The notes beneath the pieces were generated by a model that saw nothing but the letters and a program-made list of their open reading frames with translations, was not told the DNA's origin and did not search any database. DNA of 47,625 nucleotides from Octopus bimaculoides (taxonomy: Eukaryota). Of this stretch, positions 46,926-47,625 are shown one piece after another. The DNA lies in assembly GCF_001194135.2 (NCBI RefSeq), contig NC_068992.1:61560961-61608585 (forward strand). Direction: 5' to 3'. Numbering within the stretch: the first letter of the stretch is position 1; each line of letters begins with the position of its first letter. The position numbers and the translations under genes were made by a program.

Positions 46926-47235
46926 ATCATCATCATTATCGTTTAGTCCACCTTCCATACTGGCATGGGTTGGATGGTTTGACAGGAGTTGGCCAGGTAG
47001 AAGACAACACCAGGCTTCTGTGTCTGTTTTGGCATGGATTTTCAAGCTGGATACCCTTCTTAACACCAACAACTCTGCAGAGTGGATGGAGTGTTTTATA
47101 CGTGGCACCAGCACAAGCAAGGTCAGTTTTGACATGGTTTCTATAGCTGGATGCCCTTCCAAATGCCAACCACTTCACAGTGTGGACCGGATGCATTTTA
47201 TGTGGCACCAGCACTGACAGAGTTACCAAGTAACT
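46924..47235 (-). mobile_element. RTE-associated 3' UTR/tail
   Basis: Minus strand ..ggaagggcatccagctatagaaacc..caaaccatccaacccatgccagtatggaaggtggactaaacgataatgatgatg. Confidence 0.85.
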
Positions 47236-47282
47236 TGCAGGGCAAGGAATTTTGAGAGGGAATGGGGCATTGGATTAGGTGA

Positions 47283-47404
47283 TCTGGAGCGTCATTAGTG
47301 AAACGTTTGATTAAGCATTGCCATGAAGAATGACTGGCCCTCTTCTGTTGATCAAGCTGGAATGGAGGAGAAGCAGCTTTTCACACATTTTGCCAATTTT
47401 ATGG
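47283..47404 (-). repeat. Local inverted copy of mariner segment 46399-46520
   Basis: 122 bp with 2 mismatches to the reverse complement of 46399-46520. Confidence 0.9.
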
Positions 47405-47572
47405 AACTTCACATTCTTTTACACAGCATTCTGTGTAAATTTTGTTGAATTCCAACAAGTAGTTTTTGAATGGAATTGTAAAATGTTAACTTTGTTAATA
47501 ATTTGAAACGTAATTTGTGTGTATGTATATGTATGTATATATATGTATGTATATTGTACTGTTCCATAATAG

Positions 47573-47625
47573 GTGAAGTCAACAAATGAAATATTTCTCC
47601 ATCCAGTGAGAGATAAATATACACA
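47573..47625 (+). CDS. Candidate next exon (phase 0), runs off the window
   Basis: ctgttccataatag|GTG AAG TCA ACA AAT GAA ATA TTT CTC CAT CCA GTG AGA GAT AAA TAT ACA. Open to the window end and phase-compatible with the 44375 donor; the polypyrimidine tract is weak. Confidence 0.4.
   Translation, partial: MKSTNEIFLHPVRDKYT

Overview
Eukaryotic, AT-rich, microsatellite-dense animal DNA with six N-gaps. The repeat families look like those I associate with Octopus genomes; this is recognition, not proof. Most of the window is layered, decayed transposable elements, and none has an intact ORF. They include three mariner lineages, at least four Penelope-like element (PLE) fragments, RTE-clade LINE fragments with many (GAT)n-tailed 3' ends, a nest of Ty3/Gypsy pieces with one LTR, a Helitron helicase fragment plus two Helitron 3' ends, a hAT MITE with an 8-bp TSD, and several tRNA-derived SINE families. 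Two things are not shown by the ORF track. First, a probable + strand host gene: a signal-peptide exon at 13770-13824 and phase-compatible exons at 44170-44375 and 47573 onward. Second, a set of minimal type-I hammerhead ribozyme motifs with palindromic stem III: at a PLE 3' end, in an inverted pair, as an orphan with a very long stem II, and inside a tRNA-headed SINE. Almost all ORFs in the supplied track are microsatellite or gap artefacts, or TE fragments. I found no rRNA, bona fide tRNA or CRISPR array.
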